A stretch of DNA of 64,000 bases from Magallana gigas. Lineage: Eukaryota. The notes under the pieces are model-generated. The model had not been told where the DNA came from, ran no database searches, and saw only the letters and a program-made list of their open reading frames with translations. Where the stretch lies: NCBI RefSeq assembly GCF_963853765.1, contig NC_088859.1, positions 16,802,001 to 16,866,000 of the forward strand. Reading direction: 5' to 3'. Made by a program: the position numbers and the translations under genes. This document shows positions 38,101 to 51,378 of the stretch, piece after piece; position 1 is the stretch's first letter, and the number at the start of each line of letters is the position of its first letter.

Positions 38101-41100
38101 TTATGTCCTTTGATGAACCAGTTTCAGTAACTGTCAGTCAAGATTTGCAACAGCCTGAACAGATGAAAGTCTCACAGCAGAGTGAAGAAGATTCTCAGGG
38201 TGAACAAGACCTCAACAGCAGCATAGGGTCTGACCAGCAGACAGAGAGCGATGATGACAACTTTGGCGATATCCTCAGAGAGAGAATGGCTACAAAGGTG
38301 AGAATATCTGGTATTATTTCTCAGGTGTAGTACGGTAACCATCTGAGGCGTGTTTAGCAAAGTGAGTGCTTGCAAATGCTTACTAAAATTTTGTATACTT
38401 GCAAGCACCCAAACTGCTGAATACGCTACAGGCAGACCTTAGTCAAATCAAATGGGTCATTAGGCCAGCATTTTTTGAAATTTCGATTTACAAACCCGCC
38501 GACCCTATTTTTAAAAAAATTCAAATAAAAATAAAAGGACCTGAACTAGCTATTAATTTTATTTTTTCCTCCGACCCGAAATTTTCTTTCTGGTAAAAAT
38601 AAAAATAAATGTTGATGCAATCACGTATGTGTAGTCTGAATTATTGTTATTCATGCATTGATTAAAAAGACCAAGTTCTTTCCGATCAAGTCACAGGCAC
38701 TAGAAGTCACAAAAAAACCACCATAGGGCCTACTCCTGTTTGCTTTCGTCCAACCCTACAATTTACGACCCTATTAAGTTTTGTGATCGGCAACTTAGCC
38801 AGAATTTCCTCAAGAAAGAGAAGTTGAAGTCTTTTTCTATCACAATTCCGTAAATTTAAAAAAAAAAACAAGAAAATGATAAGTTACTTTTTTAAAAAAC
38901 ATTTTTGCAAAATAAATTCTAAAATAATCATAATTTAACCGTTTGGAAATAGATCCTCTACATAACGGTTGTAAGTGGGTCATAGGGTTGGACTAATAAC
39001 CCTAAACACACTGAACACAGGAGTCTTATGACTGAAGGAAAGAGAATGATTTTATTTGTCATTAAGCTAACAAAATAACGAAACATTTCCTTTATTAAAG
39101 GTATAATTACATAAATAAATAAGATTTTAAAAGTTAGTTAGTCTTTTTTAAATAAAAAAACTTGTATGATTTTTTACTGACATTTATGGACATGCTTCTA
39201 ATCCAATTTATGTTCAGTAACAATATTTTAAATTTTGAATTTGTGAATAGCATTGTTAATTTAATCAAATAAATGATTTCTCAAACTTCTTCCTATTTTT
39301 CTGCAAGGAAGAAGTGAAAACTCCCTTAATTTTTTTTGTCTTAATGTATATGTACAGTATGTACTTGTATATATATATATTAAAAAAACCTTCGTTTTTA
39401 TACATGAATGTACAATATATCAACACAAATTTTCAGTGCCCATGGATAAAATATGTTATGATAAGAACATCACCAACAACCAGAATTACTTATATATTTT
39501 AAAAAATGGCAGCTCCTGGACACGTGTTCTTATTTTTAAAATAAAAAAAAATGTTGTTGAAAAATTGTTTCATTTTTATTTTTTTTCTCGACGGACAAAT
39601 TTTTCAATTTTATTTTTATTTTTTTTCCCTCCTCCTCACCAAATAATTTGAAAAATATTTCGTAAATCTAAAAATAAAAAAATGCTGGCCTTAATTTCAA
39701 AAACTATCTGATTTAGCCCATCTAATATATTCGAGATGTTAATTTCAGATGTTAATTTCAGATGTGCATTCTATTTTGTGACACTGATATATCTCAACAC
39801 TGTGGCATATTGCAACAATTATGAACATGTCTGTTTTATTTTAAGTTTCCAATAGATGACCCAGTGATACAGAGCCACATTACAGTGGTGCCACTGAACA
39901 AGAAGAAGACGGAGGTGGTGGTCTGTCTGTGTCAGAGATCCCTGTCCGTGTGGACGGTACAGAGCAAGGAGTTCAACAGCCTCCAGAAGTGGTCATTTCC
40001 CCAGGTACTAAAACACAGTTATAGCAAGGATAGGCAATTTTGACTGGTGTAATAAAACTGATATACATATCCAACAACTCTTTGATACAATTGAAGAATT
40101 TCAAGAGGAAGAATGTAACTTCACTGTAAATGTGAATCCATTTTATGCACATTCACTGTCACTCTGTTTTACTGAATGTTAATGCTATAATAAGAAAGTT
40201 ATTAACAATTTTTTCAATTCTTTAATAGCGTGAGAATAAAAATCAGTGTATTAGGATTGAATTTATATTTTGACTGTAATTAACTGTATGTCTTTTAACC
40301 ATATCAATTTATTGAATTTCCAGGGACAGACAGCGATTAGAGGGGTCTTGATGCTTCCAAAGTCATCTGAAGTCCGATTTGCAGCCATTTTAGACGGTTC
40401 TGGTGAACTGGGTTTATACTCTGCAGTTTTCCAAGAGGACCAAGCCTTCCCTTTGTTCAAGATTTCAGACATTCAGGCCCCCACTCACCAGTATGTATTT
40501 CTTTTTGGGCTGAAGAGAAGTTAAAAACTTTCTTTTTTTTTAATTCGTTTATTTCAGTCTTCATAAACTTTAGCAGAAAATCTTTCATATTCGATGCATT
40601 TTTATTCCAGAACATCTTCAATACTTTGTTTATTCAAACTTTACAATACCTATAATATCATATCAGTAATTCTCCAGGATGTATCATTGTATAATCTTTT
40701 GGTCAAGGTTTCCTATTGAATTTGAAATTGGAATTGCATTTGGAATACATGTACATACAGTCAAAAAAGATTAAAACAGCTTACAGTTTAAGAGTTCACT
40801 GCATTAATTATTATTTAAAATAAATCAAGAAAGGGACCATACATAGAAGATTTCAGTAAATCTACCACACCTTGTTTTCAGTTTCCATTAAACAGATATG
40901 TTAACAAATTGTGTATTGTAATGAAAAGAAAGTTTGTACAAGCTAGTTCACATGTCAGAGTGAATTCTTCGTATTTTCCACAGATTTCATGTTTGTGCAG
41001 TCGCATTCAACGAGGTTGTGATCTCTCAGTGTAACTCCAACTTAATACAGTTGCTAAAATACACCATGGATTATGAGGTAAAGACATTATCTAAAACCAC

Positions 41101-42379
41101 GTCTCTAGAGGAGGCGGCTGGTGTCCTTGACACTGTGTGCTGTATCCAAGGGCAACAACAGGCCGTGGCAGGATACACGAGGGAGGGAATGCTTCATATT
41201 TGGTTAGTTATCTCTGGAAATACAGTTTTGAAACCACTTACTGGTACATGTAAATCTATAAAATTATTGAGCCCGTTGATGAATGAAATTTTAAATTATT
41301 GTGAATGACTGAATATCTAAAGTTTAATACTGAACTTATGACCATCATCTAATCATCTTGTATTATAAAGTATACAGTATATAGATTTTGAAGTTATTTA
41401 TGTCATTATCTTATAGAAGATAACCTTCTGGAGTTAGGATTATAGACAAGTTTATTTTATGACAGTTCTTCTCTATTTTGTTGCTTCTTGTTTGTAGGAA
41501 CCATGATATGGGAGCATTAATTGTGTCCATCAACTTAGCAGTTTATTGGCCACATACCTCACATCTAGTCACTGTGTTTCATGAAAAGGTAAAGATTATT
41601 TTCTGTATTTTCTGTTAGGTTTAGATTTTTTAAATCATTCAAATCACCATCAAGTCAATTTTATAGTCTACAAATTTACATTATATATAGTCATTCTACA
41701 TAACAAAAGTTTGGCATGATTAGTCATGACACTTTATAAAATTTACTACAGCTGGTCAGTTTTAAAGTTAAATATTTGTTAATTTTTGTCAAACCAGTGC
41801 ACATATTAAATACTATAAACCAAGTCATATATGCATTAGATAATTAACTCAAACTGTGAGCAACATCTACTCTCAATATTTATAACACCCAGATACAAAA
41901 CACGCTTCTTGAAACAAAAAAACAACTTGCTAATGGAAATTGTCCTGGATTAATTTTCAACTGGCCAATTATGACTTTAAAAAATGATGATTATAAAAAT
42001 ACATGCACTTGATTTACAGTGAATAAAGGCATAAATTATCCTGTTCTTTTACATGATACAGAGATCTGTTTTGTCCCCTGATGGCTAGATTTCCCATTCT
42101 GTTACACGATACATGTATAAGGGTACCGGTACCTGTTTGTCAATGTTTTCTGATCTTTTAAACTATTTAGCAGTACCGGTTCTGTAAACTTTTCCTATTC
42201 TTTTAAATTATCTAGGGGTACCTGTTTTGTCCCCTGATGGCTAGGTCTGACTGCTTCCTGGCAGGCTGTATGATGCTGGTCAACCCCACAAATTGTCAAA
42301 CGCAGGTCCTGTTCCCATTCAACAGCAGGAAGTGGAAAGGGTGAGTGTGTGTGTGTATATATATATATATACAGTGGAG

Positions 42380-42416
<37 letters not shown>

Positions 42417-44452
42417 CTTTCCGGTCGATTTTTATTGGGAACGGAATTTTTACACAATAATTTGTCTCCTTTATCCGGAATTTCGCGTTCCGGATCCGGA
42501 CGGTCAAATTTTACCACATAATACAGTTTTCCTTTAAATTTTACTTCATTTAACCGGACGGTAACATTTAAGTGTTCGGGGGCACAAAAGTTTTTATGCG
42601 CAAGTGCAAATTGGTGTAAAAACATCTGACACTGGTTGCTGGTTTTAAACAATGCCTTCGTCCGGTAATCGGGGTCACCTGTGTCACGCTATGTACTCGC
42701 CCGAGGATATTACGATAACCATGGATGCGACATGTTTAATTGTCGCCATTTAACTTATGAACTGTTTTTGTTTGATTAAAATGTCATGAAAATTGTTTAA
42801 TTTGTGTTTAAAAAAGTAATCTATTGATTGAATTAAAATTCTATTAATCGTAGTGTGATTAGATCGTTCGTACGCCTATTCATTTTAGAACGTAATTGAA
42901 ATTAAATATTTGATAATTTGAGTTCTGTTTACGATAGTTATTAAGACCGCTTGGGATGTTCAGGGTATCGACTAAATTTTATAGCGTGTGTTCAATTAAC
43001 AGTGTAATAATAATTTATGCCAAACATGGCGTGGATTAGCGTTCACGCTACTTGTAAATATCGCTTGGGTGCAATTAACTCTATAGAAAGATGGATACGT
43101 AAAACTAGCTTGGGTAAGTTCTGTCAATGAAAAAATAGCTTGGACAATTATAAATAAGGGAATATATACAGATTTTCACCCATTTTCAATTTTCAAACAT
43201 GTCAACACCACCGGCTAAGAGAGCGAGAGTTGCGATCACCGCTAGCTTGAAAAAAAAAAGATTTGTCAGCGTTAAGTGGAACACCGACTTTCTTCTCTTC
43301 GCTTTGTTATGCGAATGTAATTAAATTATCCGTTTAATACAGTGATTGTTATGTACATGTACATGTACATGTGTTGCCTTGTAGAATGTAGTGCTTAGTT
43401 TCCTGTGGAAAAAAACATACCTTAAATAATGTTTTTAACAATATTTTGTTTTGTTAATTTAAAAAAAAAACTAAACTTTTTTTTGTAGTGCTTATGGCTA
43501 TCAAATTTAATTCTATAATTAATTTATGAGTTATGTTTCCATAAATATTAAAGGTAAATATCACAATTCAGATATCCGGACGCTTCACATATCCGGACGA
43601 TTTGGCCTGGGGACAAAAGTGTCCGGATAAGTGAGGCTCCACTGTATTCTACTAGCCGGTCCTATGATATCACGGTAGTTAAATCATTTTGTCGAAAAAT
43701 CTATCAATACGGAAATATTTCCAGAAACTAATGTTATTGTGAGTTTCCTCTATTATATACCTCAGTGATGTTCAGCGTGCCTCTGTTTACCATGTCTAAA
43801 AATATCCTGATGTCAAATATCAATTTCAGCGCCTGCTACTATATGTAAACAGAAATACCGCGATACCATAGAACCAGCAATATGATAGGGAAAAAATATA
43901 CTATAAAATTCTGCATTTCAAGTGATGAATATTTCTAATGTGTGCTTTTATTATCAAGATTATCTGAGGTAAAAATTATTATGGCATAGAGCTTCTTATA
44001 TCAAATAAATGACATGCTTTTTGGATAATCAAAAAGGAGGGACAGTTGCATATCATTTATTATTTGTCTGTAAATGATAGACCTAGATAAACCTCAGGGA
44101 AATTTCCTAATATACAATATGTTATACCGTAATCTATAATGTATCCAGTACATGTACGGGTACTGTCTGCCGCTTATTGCATTTTTACATGTATGTATTC
44201 TCATTGTTTGATTAAACATTCAACTAACTTTCAAACATTGTTTTAATATCAAATTGTAGATGCAGAAGAGCTTTTCACCTTGATGATTACATAGCAGCTG
44301 TGAATAACAGTGGTTCTCTTCACATCTGGGACAAATTCAATGGAGATATGGTTTCTTGCATGGAGAAAGCTGGTGTGCTGGGAATGAGCTCTCACAGGAA
44401 TAATATTGTTATAAGCAGAGCACACTGTATACATTGTTTTACTGTTCAGTAA
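35158..44452 (+). CDS. PALB2: Partner and localizer of BRCA2 orthologue (N-terminal coiled coil, long disordered middle, C-terminal WD40 propeller), 9 coding exons
   Basis: Exons: 35158-35175, 36298-36357, 36588-38297, 39846-40004, 40324-40490, 40984-41202, 41498-41588, 42216-42340, 44260-44452. GT-AG introns with consistent phases. RLKKSTQMKKENVKKQRLLEKNFQKSKAQAHVKKILQEQ aligns without gaps to the human PALB2 coiled coil as recalled ([39 protein letters not shown]). CIQGQQQAVAGYTREGMLHIWNHDMGALI matches [29 protein letters not shown], and YIAAVNNSGSLHIWDKFNG matches CAAAILTSGTIAIWDLLLG. Confidence 0.8.
38462..39691. mobile_element. Non-autonomous DNA transposon with 15-bp TIR, in PALB2 intron 3 (possibly Kolobok-like)
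   Basis: AGGCCAGCATTTTTT at 38462 and AAAAAATGCTGGCCT ending at 39691. TTAA at 39691-39694 overlaps the right end and ATTA at 38459-38462 the left, so the TSD is imperfect. Confidence 0.65.
42372..43644. mobile_element. Non-autonomous Tc1/mariner element with TA TSD, in the last PALB2 intron
   Basis: 24-bp TIR CAGTGGAGCCTCAGATATCCGGAC versus CAGTGGAGCCTCACTTATCCGGAC (22/24). Subterminal ATATCCGGACG repeats at both ends. Inserted in a (TA)n run. Confidence 0.88.
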
Positions 44453-45947
44453 TAAATTTGTTGTATACTTGAGCTTTTGTTTGAGTTGTAGCAAATACCT
44501 TACATGTTCAAAAACAAGTTAAACAATTAATTCTCTAACTGAGAGGAGCAGAGGGTTCCCCTTGTCTTGAAGATATTTTTCCATCATAAGGCTAAGAAAA
44601 CTTCGTTGCACTATATACATGTATTGGAAAAGGGAACAACTATTAATTCCCATGACCTGTATAAAATTAAAATTGATTTATCTCCCTTTACAAATCTTGC
44701 AATAAAATACCAGTCAGCATCATTGTTTCTTTTTTTTTTTGGCCTGAGAAGCTAAAAATCATATATTTTTTTTGCCTAAAAAAAAGAAAAACAAGTATAT
44801 CAGAGTTCCTTAAAGTAAGTCTGATTCCACCTTCTGTAGATGCTGAGTAAACACTTTCCCTATATAGTTCTACAACTAAAAACACTCGATACAAAATTTC
44901 CCAATTTTATTTTTGCATGGGACAGAACATAAAAGGGAATCATTTGTATGTTGACATCCTCAACAACGTAAAATAACAAAAAAGAAATGTACACCAAAAA
45001 CAAATACAATGTATAAGAAATTAAAAAAAAATCTTGTACATGTATACACTAACAAAAAATATCTATGGTATCCATATACTGTTTAAAGAATCTGAGAAAA
45101 ACTACATGCACGTCTGCAACCTTTCAAAACATTCCTATATTATTATTTGACAACTTCAATGGATATCAGATCAATTATATATAAACTTTATATGATATGA
45201 CAACATTTATTGGTAGTTTATTGAACTTGTTATGTAGTAGTTAAGACACAACAGAATAGTTAAGACAACAGATTACAAAAGGAGCAGAATGCTCAGTCAT
45301 GTACTAATGCTTTCATAACTACCAAAATTAAACCTTAAGACCTCTGCAAATGATGACAAAGAACCCTGCAAAATGTACAAAAAGATGATATTAAAAAAAT
45401 AAATGTGTCTATTTTACCATTATATGCATATGTACATGTATTAAGTCTCTAGCCAAATACAGTACACAAATACATTATGTCTTCAAATCAAATTTACACA
45501 AATTGATTAGTGATTAAAGTGTTGGGTTGAAAATCTGTCAATACTTCAAGAGGTATGGATTTTAAATGCAGTGTTTTCTTGTTTAATACAAAACCATTAT
45601 TTCATTATTACAAAATGTACATGTATGAAAGTAAAAGCAGTTTCACATGTACTACAAAAAAAAATCTAATAAATTCATGTCAAGATAATTATACATATAA
45701 ACTGAAAAAATTATAGACATCTTGTAAAAAGTAATATTTATAATTAATACATTAACAATACTTAACACCAACACATGCTACATACAACATACATAATGGA
45801 TGGCTCTTTTTACCTGTTTTTCAATGTTACATGATACTAAAACACTGTATAAGTTCCGTGATACTATGACTTCTTCATTCATTCCTCTCATACACACCAA
45901 GTACCAATCTGATGAGATGGGTTTGCTCGAGACAGCGGGGTCTGAGA

Positions 45948-48019
45948 TCAATCGTCCATTCCGATGTTCCGGAACAGGTAGGACATGGACTCGTTATTCT
46001 GGATACGCCTGATTGCCTCCATCAGCATGATGCTGATGTCCACTGTTTTGATTTTGTGACACTGCATTTTCTGGATCTCGTGTGGGACTGTGTTAGTTAC
46101 AACTATCTGCAAGCAAATGTTATTTCTGTTACGGGAATCTGAGCGAGTTTGATTATTAATTCAATTATATGAATGTTCAACAATTTATAAACATTGTTGA
46201 GAAACTACTATACATCTTTGTGGCAATGCAGTTCTACATGTATTTGGTGTGTTGTCAATGGAGGATTTCTTGTATACTGATCAAGCTTGTATACTTAAAT
46301 ATGTAGTACCTCATCTATACATGACTCCTCCAAGAGCTTTGGGGCGTCGGACGACAGAAGACCGTGGGTGGCCATGACGTAAATTTTGTACGCCCCCCTC
46401 TCCTTCAGGACCTCGGCCACCTTGACAAACGCGTCAACATCATCTATCATGTCATCCTGAAATATGTATATCATGAACAGCAATTATATTTTATCACGAA
46501 AAAATGAAGTTTCTAGTTCAGCCATCTGTGTTATCTATCATACAAGCACAACTGTTATGTTACATTATGATTAAAAAGCAGTTTAAAAGTATGTATACTG
46601 CATTAACACATGTAGCAGTATTTATATACAGGCAATGTCTTCAATCTTGTAAGAATGCATGGAAGCATACCACTATAATGGCTATCCTCCCTCCTACATC
46701 TCCGACTACATTCAGCGGTGGCTTCTCCTTTGGTAGAAGAGCTGAAATGTTACAAAGGCACAAACATGGTTATCAGATAAAATCTTGCATCAAGCTGAAC
46801 AGCTTGAGTGTCTTGATGAAATACAATAATGGTTCACATAAATACTCTCACTGAAACAAAGGTCTCTTGAGTTTGTATCAATGAGCCAAATGTGAGGCAA
46901 TGGTGATATATATACCCTCTATATATATACCATAAATACATTATGTACATGTATTTATAACTATAGCGATAGCTTGATCACTGTTATAGCATGTACTTAA
47001 AAAATATTCATTTTTTATTATTAAACTAAGTTCAGTAGCATACACACAATCACTACTGGTAATTAAAATAATCAAAACACAGCCTAAAACTCATTTTACT
47101 AGCCTTTGGACCCAATTCTTTGAGTTTTTGTGCAGAAGGGCACAGCTATAAAATTGACATATGAAATTAAGAATTAATATATAATCAAGTTTAACATTCA
47201 CCATAGAATAAAAAAACAGAGATGAAGAAAACGATCATATCTACCTGGCAGAATTTCAATTTTTTTGTACTCCACTCTGCACAGTGGTGGCGAGTTTCTC
47301 CCATCATCCTCCTTGTCTTCATCGTCGTATTTTTCCTCTCCGTGAATAACAGCAATCCCTAATCGCAGTCTCTCAGCGTAGGAGGTTGCTCGCTTTACTG
47401 AGTTTGGATTGCGGGCCACTATAATCGCATTCCTGTAATCTGGAATCTGAACAGAGGAAAACAAATAAACATATTCATACTGAATATGCACACTGTTTGA
47501 ATTAAAAAATAATTTCATTGGTTTAGATACCATTCACTGCATTGAAATTTTATTTTAAACATCTCTTAATCCCACACAGATGGATGTTAATGAAAATCCA
47601 TGCTGTATGTTTATCACTCACCAGTCTTTCAATGTAGTCTATGAGGAATGGTGAGGCTCGTAGGTTCTCCACTGGAATGTCAAAGAATCCCTGAATTTCT
47701 TTCTGATGCAGATCCATGGTAATGATGTGTGTTAATCCTGAACCAAAACAATCTCAATTAATAGAATGTACAGCAACTAAAAAACAGATACACAACAGAT
47801 TGGAAAATGCACATGTAGATTGTTTCTTATACTTGTACTGAAAAACACCTGTATCCTCATTGAAAAGTGGCATCATAAATAAGTCTGCTTTAATGAAACT
47901 CTATTCATTAAATTTTTCTGTTTTTATTATTCTCATTAAATCTTGCTCACAGCTGTGGTAAATTATGTATTTCTTTTAATTTGCAATCTGCAACCAGCAG
48001 TGTATTGATCTTGTTTCAA

Positions 48020-48093
<74 letters not shown>

Positions 48094-48612
48094 CATTTCA
48101 AGTGATTATGCACTTCTGTTCCTGACAGCATCTTGTGATTAACAACATTATATTAATGGGTACTTATAAGGTGTAATAAGGTGTAATGTTACCTGACTTT
48201 CCTAACATGGTGGCCATGACCTTACACACGACCGAGCCCCTCTTCCTCATCTTGCTCTGCTTGGAATATGGGAGATAGGGAATCACCCCAATGATGTTGT
48301 GAGCACAACTTGTTTTACATGCGTAGGAAATGATAAGCAACTCCATGATGTCATTATTGACATCCCTTCAAATAAGAGTAGATATATGTAGAATAGTCTT
48401 TGAAACACAAAATCCTTTTTATATAGGCAAAAATGTGTAGTCTGTATGGATGGTAAAAAGTTGGATCTTATGCAGTAGAAAGAAATGTAAGAGAATCAGA
48501 TAAGTAATTTTTCACCAGGTAAAAAGTGTGCTCAGTACATCATAGTATATATATATAGATGTTATATCATCATTTGTTAAATCCCAACAACATATCATAA
48601 ATCATTTTTCAA

Positions 48613-48650
<38 letters not shown>

Positions 48651-51222
48651 GAACAATAGGTATGATAAAATCAGCTCAATGGAGTCATAATACAAACTAT
48701 CTGGACAATGTACAATAATACATGTAGATCCTGTATAAATAAAATCCATTTTCCCCTGGATATTCTTATGTTTATAATCATTAGTCCCTTTTCTAACAGG
48801 ATGATTTTATAGTCATATCATATGTTGAGTATTGCAGTTCTCAAAAAGATCCCTAACAATAGTTTATATATGGAATATAAACGTACATCAAACTCTGAAC
48901 CTTCTCGTGAGGCCAAAGAATTGTCCTGGGGCCAAAGTCTTAACAATTATAAAGAATGGCTGATTAGTTTCTGAGAAGATTTTTAAAGATTTACCCTATA
49001 TATTCCTTTGTTAAACTTTGACCCCCCCCCCCATTGTGGCCCCACCCTACCCCTGGGGATCATTATTTTCACAACTTTGAATCTACACTACCTGAGGATG
49101 CTTTCACACAAGTTTCAGCTTTCCTGGCTGATTAGTTTCTGAGAAGAAGATTTTTAAAGATTTACTCTGTTTATTCCTATGTAAAACATCGACCTCCCAT
49201 TGTGGCCCAAACCTTCCCCCAGGGGTTATTATTTTCACAACTCTGAATCTACACTACCTGAGGATGCTTCCATACAAGTTCCAGCTTTGCCGGCGGATTA
49301 GTTTCTGAGAAGAAGATTTTTAAAGATTTACTGTATATATTCCTATGTAAAACTTTGATCCCCCATTGTGGCCCCACCCTACCCCCGGGGGTCATGATTT
49401 TCACAACTTTGAATCTACACTACCTGAGGATGCTTCCACACAAGTTTCAGCTTTCCTGGCCGATTAGTTTCTGAGAAGAAGATTTCTAAAGATTTACTCT
49501 ATATATTCATTTGTTAAACTTCGACCCCCCATTGTGGCCCCACCCTACCCCCGGGGGTCATGATTTTCACAACTTTGAATCTACACTACCTGAGAATGCT
49601 TCCACACAAGTTCCAGCTTTGCCGGCGGATTAGTTTCTGAGAAAAAGGTTTTTAAAGATTTACTGTATATATTCCTATGTAAAACTTTGATCCCCCATTG
49701 TGGCCCCACCCTACCCCCGGGGGTCATGATTTTCACAACTTTGAATCTACACTACCTGAGGATGCTTCCACACTAGTTTCAGCTTTCCTGGCCGATTAGT
49801 TTTTGAGAAGAAGATTTCTAAAGATTTACTCTATATATTCATTTGTTAAACTTCGGCCCCCCATTGTGGCCCCACCCTCAGGTGAGCTAAAAAGGTTTAG
49901 TTTACAATTCAATAAGTTGGTTTCTGGAAGAACAGACTTTGAAAATTTACGTAATAAATATTGACAATTTTTTTACTTCTTTAATCTTTAGCTTTTAAGA
50001 TCTGTGTACAAACATAGAATTGTGAGCAAATCTCTGTATCTTGCTTATAATTCGAAGCTTAACACTCAAATATGGTTAGTAAATAGAAATTGTAAATAAT
50101 TAAACACAAGAAACATGCACTACATGTATAACAAATAAAGAACACAATTTATTTTTTCGAAATGAATCATATATATACATGTATATACCTACATATTTCC
50201 GTCAGCGATATCAAACTCTATTTAAACTGAATAAACTCGAGAAAATGCCGAGCATCTCAACAAAACCTATTGCATTAATCTACCATTACGCAAAAGATAA
50301 TGCCGAATTACCGATAGAATGAATTGTATTTCAGTATCCCTACATCAGATTTTGCTTAATTTGCACAGGTAAACAGTTAATTGTTTTATTTACCGAAGCC
50401 TCTGTTTGATTTGATACGTAAAAATCACAAAATACAGACGATAGTTCCCAGGTTACAAAGCATTATAATGAAAACGAAACGAAAATCAGAACAAGCTAAC
50501 ACCAACGTCATGTGTGAAAACTGTCAACGCATTGAAATATTTAGCCTTAATTTACTTCACAAAATCGGCACCAATATATTTTGCATGTTTCAAAAATTTC
50601 CCTTCATACGTGAACAGTTGCATAGCAAGCAAATTCATCATAGTCAGATCGACCCTTTTTCGTATAATGTCATGGCTGCTTTAAACAAAGAACCTCGTTT
50701 TAGAAGTATGAAATACGAGTCTTGGTAAAATGGGTATGCAAACCCGGGCCGTGGCAAAATAAAAGCCGGGGCAGATCGGCAATCGTCAATTCCAAATACG
50801 CATTATTTTGCAGCAATATTTACAGCGAATACAAATATACTGGTCCATCAAATATCCCAGAATTTTAATGAGATTGGCAGATTAATACCTGCCAATCTTT
50901 TGTTTTGCTCAGGCCAAGTATTGCCTACCCATTTTTCCGTATGCCGAGCCCGAAGCTATTAAACTGATTGAAACACGCCTTTCCTTTATTATTATTTTCG
51001 TAATAACTCAGATTTGAAACAGAATTAGCACTTAATTTTTGCAATTTATATTTTCCTTCCCATAAGGATAATTTATACTAAACTACGTTGAATTGAACTC
51101 AGTAGTTCTTGAGAAGAAGATTTTTTAAAATGCACCCCCCTTTTTCTACAGTTTCAAGGTTTTCTCCGCTTTGAATACAGATCGGACTTTTATTTCTGCA
51201 GTTTATATTCGCCCTCCCATAA

Positions 51223-51254
<32 letters not shown>

Positions 51255-51340
51255 ATAAGCGGTTTTAGAGAAGAAGTTCAAAATGTAAAAAGTTTACAGA
51301 CGGACAGACAGACGGACGACGGACAAAATGTGATCAGAAT

Positions 51341-51378
<38 letters not shown>

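Noticed and set aside
42296-42652. 118-aa ORF as a Tc1 transposase
   Set aside because: It spans the TIR, the (TA)n run and the PALB2 exon antisense, and has no DDE or HTH motifs.
50381-50728. 115-aa ORF inside the HINE-like element as a Rep/helicase fragment
   Set aside because: No HUH or helicase motifs are visible.
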